Part shown: piece by piece, positions 1 through 8,402 of the stretch | How the letters are laid out: every line of letters starts with the position of its first letter | How positions within the stretch are numbered: position 1 is the first letter of the stretch | Assembly: GCA_037143195.1 (NCBI GenBank) | Contig: JBAWZD010000002.1 | Span: 140,620-204,619 of the forward strand | DNA length: 64,000 bases | Direction of reading: 5' to 3' | From: a bacterium | GTDB taxonomy: Bacteria > Patescibacteriota > Minisyncoccia > Phycocordibacterales > UBA9973 | Position numbers and translations under genes: made by a program | The notes under the pieces: generated by a model | Told to the model about the DNA's origin: nothing | The model's input: the letters and a program-made list of their open reading frames with translations, nothing else | Databases searched by the model: none

Positions 1-940
1 ATGTGACGACATTGAGTGCAATGTCTCCCCGTGTTTTTTGGAGGACTGCTTTGACGCACAGTGCGAGCATGAGTTCTTCGGACACCATTGTGCCTGTTTC
101 ATCGACGAGGACGAGACGATCGCCGTCGGGATCTTGGGCGAATCCAATATCTGCGTGCGCGATTTTCACAAGTGTTTCGAGTGTGGTGAGATTTTGAGCG
201 ATAGGTTCTGGAGCGTGTGCGAACTTCCCTGAAGGTTCGCCATTGATGATGGTGTAGGTTACACCGAGCGCGTCGAGGAGTTTGGGTGTGGTGGTGCAAC
301 CGACACTGTTGATCGGATCGAGGGCGACTTTAAAATTTTTCTTTTGAATTAAATTTACGTCAATATTCGCGAGTATTTTTTGTAGGTGTAATTCAAACAA
401 ATGTGTACCATCGCGTGGCGAGGCAGGCAGTGGTGCCGTTGCCGCAGTCGAGGACTGCTCGAGGGAGCGGTCACTCTGGTCCGCATGTATTTCATTGTTG
501 TTACGCGAGCGAGGTTTCGCAGACAAGGCAACGACACCACTGCCTGCCTCGCCACGAGACGCTTCGATTTCTCGGACTTCTGCTTCGTTCGTAAATGATC
601 CAGATGCGGTGACAAATTTCAAACCATTGTATTCGATTGGGTTGTGGGAGGCGGTGATGATTATTGCCCCGTCGGCTTTCATTTCGCGGACGAGGAACAC
701 GACTGTCGGCGTTGGCATCATTCCGAGATTGACGACGTCAAAACCGAGAGCGAGAAGTTCGTTTGTGACTGCTTCGAGGATGGCTGGTCCAGACTCGCGA
801 CCATCGCGACCTACCAGTATCGTGTGCCCGTTTCGCTTTGCAACATATGCTCCAAACGCGCGCGTATACTCGCGCGCTACGTCGAGCGTGAGCGTGTCGC
901 CCCAGATTCCACGGTAGCCCGAAACAGTGAGTGTTGGTTT
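1..940 (-). CDS. alpha-D-phosphohexomutase family protein (phosphomannomutase/phosphoglucomutase-like), N-terminal ~313 aa; 3' end beyond window
   Basis: Hand translation of minus strand from ATG at 940 (MKPTLTVSGYRGIWG...) stays open to window edge; contains ITASHNP active-site Ser loop and FAQDPDGDRLVLVDETG metal-binding loop; absent from ORF track only because no stop inside window. Confidence 0.75.
412..556. repeat. 30-bp inverted repeat (29/30) with ~85-bp spacer lying in-frame inside the phosphohexomutase CDS
   Basis: 414-443 cgtggcgaggcaggcagtggtgccgttgcc vs reverse complement of 527-556 (one mismatch); encodes an Ala/Ser/Pro/Arg-rich insertion between domain I and II. Confidence 0.6.
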
Positions 941-980
941 CATACTTTATACTTTATACCATATACTCTATACTCATGAT

Positions 981-1424
981 ATGGAAAGCTATCTAGACAA
1001 TCCAAAAGCCAGATTTGATTACGAAGTGCTCGAGCGCTACGACGCGGGCATCGAGCTTTTGGGCTTCGAGGTCAAATCAGTCCGTGCGGGTCGTGGATCG
1101 ATCGCAGGCACGCACATCATCGTGCGTGGCGGGGAAGTCTTCATTGTCGGCATGCGTATTGATCCATATCAAGTCGGCAATACCACGACGGACTACGCTC
1201 CTGATCACACGCGCAAACTGCTTTTGACCAAAAAAGAAATTCACGAGCTCGAAGAAACAGAATCGAAGAAGGGTTTGACCTTGGTGCCTTTGTCGTTGTA
1301 TAATAAAGGTGGGAAGATCAAGGTGAGTTTCGCTGTCGCGCGCGGAAAGAAGCAATTCGACAAGCGCGAGACTATCAAGAAGCGCGACACAGACCGAGAT
1401 CTTCGTCGTTTGTTGAAACGTTAA
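981..1424 (+). CDS. smpB: SsrA-binding protein SmpB
   Basis: MESYLDNPKARFDYEVLERYDAGIELLGFEVKSVRAG...GLTLVPLSLYNKGGKIKVSFAVARGKKQFDKRE typical SmpB; start taken at internal Met of ORF 927..1424; divergent from 940 gene. Confidence 0.85.
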   Translation: MESYLDNPKARFDYEVLERYDAGIELLGFEVKSVRAGRGSIAGTHIIVRGGEVFIVGMRIDPYQVGNTTTDYAPDHTRKLLLTKKEIHELEETESKKGLTLVPLSLYNKGGKIKVSFAVARGKKQFDKRETIKKRDTDRDLRRLLKR

Positions 1425-1436
1425 CAACACAATATT

Positions 1437-1845
1437 GGGGATGAAATGAATAGACAATGAGTTTCATTCTGTGTGCGCATGTCGAGCAGGGGACTACTCT
1501 CGTAAATCGTGTCCTAAACATCCAAATGCAAAAACATCTGGTGCTAAAGTAGCTTCGCCTTACGCGAAGAGCTTTGGCTTCGCATTCGCTTAATAATATA
1601 AGCCAGTGCGATGTCTCACGCGCCGATTTCTAATACGCGATGTGAGGCATAATATTTTTAGAATAGAGGACGGTCCCGCTTTGGGCCATACTCGAAATCT
1701 GTAGAGCTCGGAACGAATGTATTTTGTCGTTTTACAAGCATTCGAACTTAAATCTGTCGCAAGACAGAATATAAAACTGACTACACATGTAGAAGCGCGT
1801 GGAATCACGCATTGCACGAGGGTTCGCTACCCTCCATCTCCACCC
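1437..1845 (+). ncRNA. ssrA: tmRNA (ssrA); tag reading frame 1528-1590 encodes AKTSGAKVASPYAKSFGFAFA followed by TAA TAA
   Basis: 5' GGGGATG pairs with 3' CATCTCC (1835-1841) giving tRNA-Ala-like acceptor with G3.U wobble, discriminator A then CC; T-arm GAGGG-ttcgcta-CCCTC 1818-1834; resume codon GCA; immediately downstream of smpB. Confidence 0.7.
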
Positions 1846-1849
1846 GTTG

Positions 1850-1884
1850 AAAAAAGAGCGCTCGCAAGAGCGCCTTTTTTCTTT
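1850..1884 (+). terminator. intrinsic terminator after tmRNA
   Basis: aaaaaaga GCGCTC gcaa GAGCGC cttttttcttt : 6-bp GC stem, GNRA loop, U-tract (A-tract upstream, possibly bidirectional). Confidence 0.6.
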
Positions 1885-1936
1885 GGTGGAGATGAGCGAG
1901 ACGCCTGCGCGTCTCGCGAGAGGGTAGCGAAAGCCG
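1884..1936. repeat. inverted partial copy of tmRNA 3' end (ggtggagatg ... agggtagcgaa)
   Basis: 1884-1893 ggtggagatg is reverse complement of catctccacc (tmRNA 1835-1844); 1920-1930 agggtagcgaa is reverse complement of ttcgctaccct (T-loop/stem). Confidence 0.5.
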
Positions 1937-2018
1937 GAGCGATGTTTCGCAAGCATGCGAAACCGCGAGGCGGGGTCGCGCACCTTCCGAGCGACGGCGA
2001 GGAAGGATGTGTGACCGC

Positions 2019-2032
2019 ACCCTCCATCTCCA
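2019..2032 (+). repeat. direct repeat of tmRNA 3'-terminal 14 nt ACCCTCCATCTCCA (att-like)
   Basis: identical 14-mer at 1829-1842 (T-stem 3' strand + acceptor 3' strand + discriminator) and 2019-2032. Confidence 0.6.
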
Positions 2033-2077
2033 AATACAAGAAATACCTTATAAATTAAGGTTTTTCTTGTATTTTAC

Positions 2078-2106
2078 TTGACTTTTATATATAAACATGG
2101 TAATAT
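2078..2106 (+). promoter_or_regulatory. cassette promoter 1: TTGACTTTTA -35, 17-bp spacer, TAATAT -10
   Basis: cttgacttttatatataaacatggtaatat; same architecture repeated at 2657, 3297, 4176. Confidence 0.5.
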
Positions 2107-2213
2107 ATTTTTTAAGTGTTGCTTGGCCTGCTTGAGGGTATTTATTGAATCATCCCTGCTTCTTGAGAGTGGTAGAGATGATTCAATAATCTCAAACAGA
2201 AAAACGAAACAAG

Positions 2214-2411
2214 ATGAAAAATGTAATGATTCTTTTAGTGATGTTAACACCGATGATTGGCATCATGGTGTACTCGGATCTCACTGGCACAAAGTGGCCA
2301 GAACTTCCTGTTTTTATCAAGGGCGTAACTTGGATATTTGCCCTTGGATCATGTATCCAGGAACTGAGACTGCTCTATATCCTTTTAATAAAAGGGGAGA
2401 GACCAGAATAA
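2214..2411 (+). CDS. hypothetical small hydrophobic protein (65 aa), cassette 1
   Basis: ORF MKNVMILLVMLTPMIGIMVYSDLTGTKW...; downstream of cassette promoter, followed by hairpin + T-tract 2425-2460; weak RBS. Confidence 0.4.
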   Translation: MKNVMILLVMLTPMIGIMVYSDLTGTKWPELPVFIKGVTWIFALGSCIQELRLLYILLIKGERPE

Positions 2412-2460
2412 GTAAAGTATATTAATTTATAAAACCTGTCTTCGGATGGGTTTTATTTTT

Positions 2461-2650
2461 TCTATATTAGTTCATTGCTCTCGTCCCATACAGCAGGGAA
2501 CTAGCCAGTATCCGCAAGTAATTTTCGCATCGCAGGGCTACTTTGGTAATACACCCAAAACCGAGAAAGGTAATCTTGCAGGCGGTTCAACGTATTTCTC
2601 TGTGTGTCCACAATCTTAAGAAAAGCCTTACATTGTAAGGCTTTTCTTGT
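2461..2650 (+). repeat. conserved intercassette non-coding element, copy A (candidate sRNA; ends in 10-bp hairpin AAAAGCCTTA-cattg-TAAGGCTTTT)
   Basis: aligns with 3160-3296: gctctc..agggaacta.ccagta.cc..aag.aattt...ttggtaata..cccaaaac.gagaaaggta.tcttg. Confidence 0.5.
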
Positions 2651-2656
2651 TTTACC

Positions 2657-2690
2657 TTGACTTTTAGTAATATATAGTGTGTATTATAAT
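2657..2690 (+). promoter_or_regulatory. cassette promoter 2 (TTGACTTTTA -35, tattataat -10 region)
   Basis: ccttgacttttagtaatatatagtgtgtattataat. Confidence 0.45.
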
Positions 2691-2717
2691 CTAAGCTAAA
2701 CCATCTAAAATTCTTTT

Positions 2718-3113
2718 ATGAAATCAAACATTTTTTGGTACCAATACCCTCTTGCAGAGGATGAAAAAAATACGCTGAGAAAATCTGAAGTTGGGAGAGA
2801 GGTTCTCCGTCTTTACGAACTTTGCGTGCAGGGGCGAAAGACAGTCAAGCGTGTGAGATATGTTTGTTCTATTATAGTGGCCGTCATTATTTTTTTAGGT
2901 GCAAAGACAGAAACATCTTTGCTTCCGGCGGTTAGTATAAGCGTTGTTGTTTCACTTGTATTTTTTGCGTGGTCATGGTTTATCCTTACCGAGGAGAGAA
3001 ACCGAGATATCAAAGAAACAGAAGACGTCATCGCTAAATTGTGCGAAGAGCAAGGAGGTACTCAAATTGGAGGTATCCTTCAACGCATGATAGACAACGG
3101 TAGGGTGTTGTAG
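2718..3113 (+). CDS. hypothetical small membrane protein (131 aa, two predicted TM helices), cassette 2
   Basis: ORF with hydrophobic segments SIIVAVIIFLGAK and VSISVVVSLVFFAWSWFIL; preceded by cassette promoter. Confidence 0.45.
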   Translation: MKSNIFWYQYPLAEDEKNTLRKSEVGREVLRLYELCVQGRKTVKRVRYVCSIIVAVIIFLGAKTETSLLPAVSISVVVSLVFFAWSWFILTEERNRDIKETEDVIAKLCEEQGGTQIGGILQRMIDNGRVL

Positions 3114-3159
3114 GTTTAAATTATTGAAGCAGAAGTCGTTCCAAATTTATGGGGCGGCT

Positions 3160-3296
3160 TTTTCTGTTATACCAATTCCGTGCTCTCCCTGTGTCTGTAC
3201 AAAAGGGAACTACCCAGTACCCATAAGCAATTTGGGGATCATCGTGCTGGATTGGTAATAAGTCCAAAACTGAGAAAGGTATTTCTTGTATTCATA
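3160..3296 (+). repeat. conserved intercassette non-coding element, copy B
   Basis: see copy A; starts right after terminator of cassette 2 (gggcggctttttctg) and runs into cassette promoter 3. Confidence 0.5.
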
Positions 3297-3325
3297 TTGA
3301 CTTTTAAATATAAATATGTTATTAT
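3297..3325 (+). promoter_or_regulatory. cassette promoter 3: TTGACTTTTA, 17-bp spacer, TATTAT
   Basis: attgacttttaaatataaatatgttattat. Confidence 0.5.
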
Positions 3326-3417
3326 ATAAGCTGGTTTTTCTTTGAAATAGCCTTTTGTTCAAGCGCTGTGGTCGCAAAATTTGTTGCTAGAGCGCCTGAA
3401 CAAATTAGAGGCAAAAA

Positions 3418-3951
3418 ATGATAGAAGCAGCATCTCTCAGAAAGCAAAGTCTTGCATTATTTAAGCAAGCAATTTATGTTCGTGCTCGCATGAACGACGA
3501 ACAAGACCATCAGGATAATGGGACGAATACCCATGTATCTCAGTTTAAGAATCTCGGCAAAGATGTGCTCGATCAGCTAATCGCGCACTTGGACTTGAAC
3601 CAGGGAGGTCAATTTGATCGAGTGAGTCAAGTCGACCTTGCATTTTGGGGTCCGCTTACCGGGTTTACAGTTGTTGCCGAAGATGTGGCAACGAATCGTT
3701 GGGGTCAGGCTACCGTGCTTGATGTTCTGAGCGAGTTTATTGCTCGTCCGGAAAATGAAAAGAGGTTTCTTACGCACAGTTACTTTGATCCAACCTTAGT
3801 AATTATCACGTGCTATAGTACCACTTATTATCCTGACGAAAGTACTTACTTTAACATCACGCATGATCCATATGTGATTTGCGCTGATGTGAGAAAGAAA
3901 TGTATTCGCATCATAAATGATGCGAGAGTCACTCGGCAAAACCCACAGTAA
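3418..3951 (+). CDS. hypothetical protein (177 aa, soluble), cassette 3
   Basis: ORF with AGAGG RBS 8 nt upstream (aattagaggcaaaaaATG); no recognisable domain. Confidence 0.5.
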   Translation: MIEAASLRKQSLALFKQAIYVRARMNDEQDHQDNGTNTHVSQFKNLGKDVLDQLIAHLDLNQGGQFDRVSQVDLAFWGPLTGFTVVAEDVATNRWGQATVLDVLSEFIARPENEKRFLTHSYFDPTLVIITCYSTTYYPDESTYFNITHDPYVICADVRKKCIRIINDARVTRQNPQ

Positions 3952-4175
3952 TGGTGTGTCTAGTCGTAGTGTGACCTAGTGATTTTGGGTACTGTATATG
4001 TGCCTTAGCTTCAAATGGGGCGAGTTCCTTTGTTTCTCGCAGAGATAGTTCGACGCATTGTTTGAAGTTTTTGAGAAGAATATTTTCAAAAAATGGTTTC
4101 AAGTACATTACCCTTAGGAAAATCCTAGGGGTATTTTTTTATAGTAGTTTTGCCCCCCCGTGTGGCAGGGGATAC

Positions 4176-4204
4176 TTGACGTTTAGATTAGCATGTGTTA
4201 TTTT
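4176..4204 (+). promoter_or_regulatory. cassette promoter 4: TTGACGTTTA, 17-bp spacer, TATTTT
   Basis: cttgacgtttagattagcatgtgttatttt; preceded by hairpin cccttaggaaaatcctagggg + T-tract 4110-4140. Confidence 0.45.
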
Positions 4205-4242
4205 ATTATTAATAAATTCATTTCTAAATTTGCGAAAGAATA

Positions 4243-4572
4243 ATGAAAAAATTCACGATTATCGGTATTCTTATTACGCTAGCTCTTGAGGGAGTGGCGT
4301 ACCTGTTCAAAACAGAACTCCAAGACATTTTTGGGGAACTTTACATTGTGGTGTACGTGTTCATTGGTCTGATCGGTTTAGTTATTTCGCTTGCTCCTTC
4401 GACGACGGGGAGTGGAAGGAATGACAACGACGATGACAATTCTGGTGGTGTGTCATTTATGACAGATGGTCATCTTGGCATCAATTTGGGAGGGATTTCC
4501 ATCGATGTCGTAGATCACACTATTGGTCAAAACTTTGGCAACGGGATATCGAATAACAGTTTCCCATCATGA
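4243..4572 (+). CDS. hypothetical small membrane protein (109 aa; two N-terminal TM helices, Gly/Asp/Asn-rich C-terminus), cassette 4
   Basis: MKKFTIIGILITLALEGVAYLF...LYIVVYVFIGLIGLVISLA then GSGRNDNDDDNSGG...; terminator-like hairpin 4596-4625. Confidence 0.45.
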   Translation: MKKFTIIGILITLALEGVAYLFKTELQDIFGELYIVVYVFIGLIGLVISLAPSTTGSGRNDNDDDNSGGVSFMTDGHLGINLGGISIDVVDHTIGQNFGNGISNNSFPS

Positions 4573-5278
4573 AAGTAAAATGAATGTTGTTAAAAGCCCT
4601 CTCCTTTATCGGGGGGCTTTTATTATTGAGTGTCTGTCGATTGAGGGCAGATGGGTACCTCTGAGTGAATTATTGATGCAAGCGGAGCGCAGTAGATGCT
4701 TGTTTTTTAAGAAGTTGGTTAATTCCCTTGTGAGCTATCGTATCGTGGCTGATGGGGGAGTTAACCAAATGTGTAATCTTTAAAAATTATTGTATGAATT
4801 TTAGAAAAATAGGTATCATGAGATTTTCCCTTTTGAGATTTGAAAATATTGGCATCTCGCTTTGCGAATTCGCTAGTATAAACGATCACTGGTCCCTCTT
4901 TTATTTGGGGTGGGACCCAATTTATGGGATTGGTTTTTCAATCTTGTGGTTGAAAAAACATGGTTTAGACTTTAACCCTGGGTTACGAATCCTTGATGGT
5001 TCGTACGAGCCTTTTGAGAAAAATATTCTTAACAGGTTTAAACTTCGGTTATTTTTGTAATCTTGAACTAGGTCAATCTCAAACAGCAAAGTATGAATGC
5101 CTCGATTTTTGGTCGGGGCATTTTTTGTATTTCATTCATTTTACGGAGATAGAATTCAAATAAAAACGAACAAATATAAGTATCCTGAAGCCCTGTTTTC
5201 ATGTATAATGCCCCTACTTCCGAGATGCGGAGTCCTGAGTGATTCGTGCGGAGAAGTCGAAAATAACCCATATACTAT

Positions 5279-7234
5279 ATGACTACAAACAACAAAGACC
5301 CGAAGATGGACGAGGAGAAGGGCAAGGCTCCGTCACCAAATCCTAAAATGCCAGTGCCACCGACGTCGAGTCTCGGACGAAATATTCTCGTCACGGTACT
5401 CATTTTTATGATTATTACGGCTGCGTACATCTTTTTTTCTGGCAAAGCGACACCAGCAAACAAGAGTATTTCACTTTCTGAGCTCGCCAAAGATGTGACG
5501 ACCGGCACTGTAAAGACTATTGAAGTCGATGGTGATGCGCTCACGATCAAACTCCAAGACGGCTCGACGGTGACTGCCAAGAAAGAAGTCGAAGCATCGC
5601 TCTCGGAGACACTCAAAAATTACGGCGTACCTGCGGACAAAGTGAGCGCTACTGATATTACAGTGAAATCATCGACCGATGCGATGTACTGGATTTTTAA
5701 CATCGTGCCAATCGTGCTTCCAATCATCGTCATCATTTTCTTTTTCTGGTATCTCTCTCGACAGGCCAAAGGTGCTGGCATGCAAGCGTTCACCTTCGGT
5801 CAATCCAAAGCGCGTATGACTGATCCATCAGATCAGAACAATCGCGTCACATTCAAAGATGTCGCTGGAGCAAAAGAAGCCAAAGAAGAATTGAAAGAGA
5901 TTGTGGACTTCTTGAAGAATCCAAAAAAGTTTCTCGACATTGGTGCACGTATTCCAAAAGGTGTTTTGCTCACTGGTGCTCCCGGAACAGGAAAGACATT
6001 GCTTGCTCGTGCAGTAGCGGGGGAGGCGAATGTGCCATTCTTCCATCTCTCCGGTTCTGAATTCGTCGAGATGTTTGTGGGTGTTGGTGCTTCGCGCGTA
6101 CGCGACCTCTTTCAGAAGGCGAAGCGCGCCGCGCCCGCAATAGTGTTCATCGACGAGATTGACGCGGTCGGGCGCGTGCGCGGCACTGGCGTCGGTGGAG
6201 GAAATGACGAACGCGAACAAACACTGAACCAGATCCTCGTTGAGATGGACGGCTTCGAACCGAACGACAAAGTCATCGTCATGGCAGCAACAAACCGCAA
6301 CGACGTGCTTGATCCAGCCTTGCTCCGTCCAGGACGTTTCGACAGACGTGTTGTACTCGATCTTCCTGATCGTCGCGACCGTGAAGAAATTCTCAAAGTA
6401 CACGCACTCAAAAAGCCACTCGCCGAAGATGTAAATCTCGTCATTATTGCCGAGCGTACGAGCGGATTCTCCGGTGCAGATCTCTACTCACTCATGAACG
6501 AAGGTGCAATTCTTGCTGCACGTGAAAATCGAAAAAAAGTTTCGCAATTTGATCTCGTGCGATCAATCGAAAAAGTGATGCTTGGTCCTGAACGCAAGAG
6601 TCATCTTTTCTCGACAGAAGAAAAGAAAGTGACTGCATATCACGAAGGTGGCCATGCACTCGTCGCTTCAGTGTTGCCACATGCTGACCCAGTCCACAAA
6701 GTCTCAATCGTTGCACGTGGACGCGCTGGCGGATATACGCTCAAGATTCCGCTTGAAGAACGCAAACTTCAAACCAAGAGTGAATTCCTCGACGATATTG
6801 CAATGGCGCTTGGAGGAATGGCTGCGGAGAAAATGGTCTTTGGTGATATCACCACTGGTCCATCGAATGACTTGCAGGTAGCAACAGGACTTGCTCGTGC
6901 CATGGTCACACGATGGGGAATGTCAGATGTCATTGGACCTGTAGCCCTCGAAAGTGATGGCGGACGTACGATATCAGGTGGCGCACAAGCAGACGGAGAT
7001 ATGTCTGAAGCCACTCACGCAATCGTAAACTCAGAGGTCAAAAAAATCATGGACGAAGGTCTCGTTCGCGCAACACAGGTACTCACGGACCACCGCACAA
7101 CGCTCGACGCGATCGCCGACAAACTCGTCGAAGTCGAAACACTCGAACAACCTGAGTACGAAGCGATCATCAAAGCGCATGGCATCAAGCTCAAGAAGAA
7201 AGTTGATGTTGTCGCCGAACTTGCGAAAGCGTAG
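5279..7234 (+). CDS. ftsH: ATP-dependent zinc metalloprotease FtsH
   Basis: N-terminal TM, AAA Walker [18 protein letters not shown], second-region-of-homology, HEGGHAL zinc motif; extended -10 TGTATAAT at ~5206. Confidence 0.95.
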   Translation: MTTNNKDPKMDEEKGKAPSPNPKMPVPPTSSLGRNILVTVLIFMIITAAYIFFSGKATPANKSISLSELAKDVTTGTVKTIEVDGDALTIKLQDGSTVTAKKEVEASLSETLKNYGVPADKVSATDITVKSSTDAMYWIFNIVPIVLPIIVIIFFFWYLSRQAKGAGMQAFTFGQSKARMTDPSDQNNRVTFKDVAGAKEAKEELKEIVDFLKNPKKFLDIGARIPKGVLLTGAPGTGKTLLARAVAGEANVPFFHLSGSEFVEMFVGVGASRVRDLFQKAKRAAPAIVFIDEIDAVGRVRGTGVGGGNDEREQTLNQILVEMDGFEPNDKVIVMAATNRNDVLDPALLRPGRFDRRVVLDLPDRRDREEILKVHALKKPLAEDVNLVIIAERTSGFSGADLYSLMNEGAILAARENRKKVSQFDLVRSIEKVMLGPERKSHLFSTEEKKVTAYHEGGHALVASVLPHADPVHKVSIVARGRAGGYTLKIPLEERKLQTKSEFLDDIAMALGGMAAEKMVFGDITTGPSNDLQVATGLARAMVTRWGMSDVIGPVALESDGGRTISGGAQADGDMSEATHAIVNSEVKKIMDEGLVRATQVLTDHRTTLDAIADKLVEVETLEQPEYEAIIKAHGIKLKKKVDVVAELAKA

Positions 7235-7267
7235 GTAAGAGGGTATACGATACAAATATTGGAACAC

Positions 7268-7300
7268 GCAAAAAAGTCGCCGAATGGCGACTTTTTTGCT
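7268..7300 (+). terminator. intrinsic terminator after ftsH
   Basis: aaaaaaGTCGCCgaatGGCGACttttttgc. Confidence 0.7.
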
Positions 7301-7320
7301 AGGATAAGGCAGTGCGCAAT

Positions 7321-7393
7321 CCACCCTTAGCTCAGTTGGTTAGAGCATCGAGCTTATACCTCGAGGGTCCTTGGTTCGAATCCAAGAGGGTGG
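7321..7393 (+). tRNA. tRNA-Ile with anticodon UAU (anticodon loop cTTATAc)
   Basis: acceptor CCACCCT/AGGGTGG, D-arm GCTC-agttggtta-GAGC, anticodon stem TCGAG/CTCGA, T-arm CTTGG-ttcgaat-CCAAG, discriminator A. Confidence 0.7.
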
Positions 7394-7400
7394 ACATTCT

Positions 7401-8402
7401 ATGACTCAACTTAGCATCATCATTATTCTGGTTATCCTTGGCGCTGCTGTCTGTGCGTGTCTTGAGGCTGCGTTTTTTAGTTTGCCACTTGCGAGTGCGA
7501 AACTACTCTTCGAGAAGGGGAAGCGCGGGAGCGCTTCACTCGTGCGAGTCAAAGAAAAACTTCATCACTCAATCATCACACTTGTGATATTGAACAACGG
7601 CATCACCATTGCGGGCTCTATCTACGTTGGTCACCTTGCGACTGAACTGTACGGTAATCAAATCATCGGAGTGATTTCGACGTTTCTCACGATTACTATC
7701 GTGCTCCTTGGTGAGATTATTCCAAAGATGCTCGGAGAGAATTATGCCAAACAAATCTCGCTCGCATTCGCTCCACCAGTGTATTTCTTGACCCAGCTAT
7801 TCATGCCGATTACATTTTTGCTCGATATACTCACAAAAGGATTTTTGACCAAGAATCGTGTCGTATCCGAAGAAGAATTGCGGATGCTTTCCAAAATGGG
7901 GGAGGCCGAAGGTTCTATCGAACACGACGAACAAGTGCTCATTCAGCGCGTGTTTACGCTCAACGATCTCACTGCCAAAAATATTATGACACCTCGCGAC
8001 GTTGTTGAGGGGTTGCCAGCGAATGCCACTGTGCGCGAAGTGTCTGTTGTGCTTCTCAACAAACCGTATTCTCGCTATCCAGTCTTCGGCGAAACTATCG
8101 ACAAGATCGTTGGTGTTGTGCAAACAAACAAACTACTTTCATCACTCGCTCGTGACAATGACAAAGAACTCGTTTCTCATTTTATGACGACACCACTCTT
8201 CGTGCCTGAAACGAAGCGTGTGGATGACCTCATGGGTATTTTTCTTGCGACCCGCAATCATATGGCGGTCGTACAAAATGCGAGTGGCACTACCGTTGGC
8301 GTTGTGACATTTGAAGACGTCCTCGAACAACTCGTTGGAGAAATTGTTGATGAGACTGACGAAGTCGTCGATCTACAAACACTCGTTCGTCACTCGAAGT
8401 GA
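7401..8402 (+). CDS. CNNM/TlyC/CorC-family membrane protein (DUF21 transmembrane domain + CBS pair + CorC_HlyC C-terminal domain)
   Basis: four N-terminal TM helices, CBS-like segments (IMTPRDVVEGL..., MAVVQNASGTTVGVVTFEDVLEQLVGEI); start placed after tRNA end. Confidence 0.7.
   Translation: MTQLSIIIILVILGAAVCACLEAAFFSLPLASAKLLFEKGKRGSASLVRVKEKLHHSIITLVILNNGITIAGSIYVGHLATELYGNQIIGVISTFLTITIVLLGEIIPKMLGENYAKQISLAFAPPVYFLTQLFMPITFLLDILTKGFLTKNRVVSEEELRMLSKMGEAEGSIEHDEQVLIQRVFTLNDLTAKNIMTPRDVVEGLPANATVREVSVVLLNKPYSRYPVFGETIDKIVGVVQTNKLLSSLARDNDKELVSHFMTTPLFVPETKRVDDLMGIFLATRNHMAVVQNASGTTVGVVTFEDVLEQLVGEIVDETDEVVDLQTLVRHSK

Noticed and set aside
401-979. Plus-strand ORFs 401..598, 403..594, 495..917, 644..979
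   Set aside because: They lie antisense to the open minus-strand phosphohexomutase frame, which has clear catalytic motifs. They have biased Arg/Ser composition and no homolog-like features, so they are shadow ORFs.
2078-2425. 115-aa ORF starting at 2078
   Set aside because: Its ATG lies inside the predicted -35/-10 promoter of cassette 1 and the sequence is low-complexity. The 2214..2411 hydrophobic ORF in another frame is the better candidate.
4573-5270. ORFs 4523..4783, 4752..5060, 5097..5282 between cassette 4 and ftsH
   Set aside because: AT-rich, no promoter of the cassette type, and no RBS or family signal. This is possibly a decayed cassette or the ftsH leader. It is left unannotated rather than called.
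5828-6444. Minus-strand ORFs 5828..6403 and 6112..6444 inside ftsH
   Set aside because: Antisense to a strongly supported, fully conserved FtsH frame, so they are shadow ORFs.
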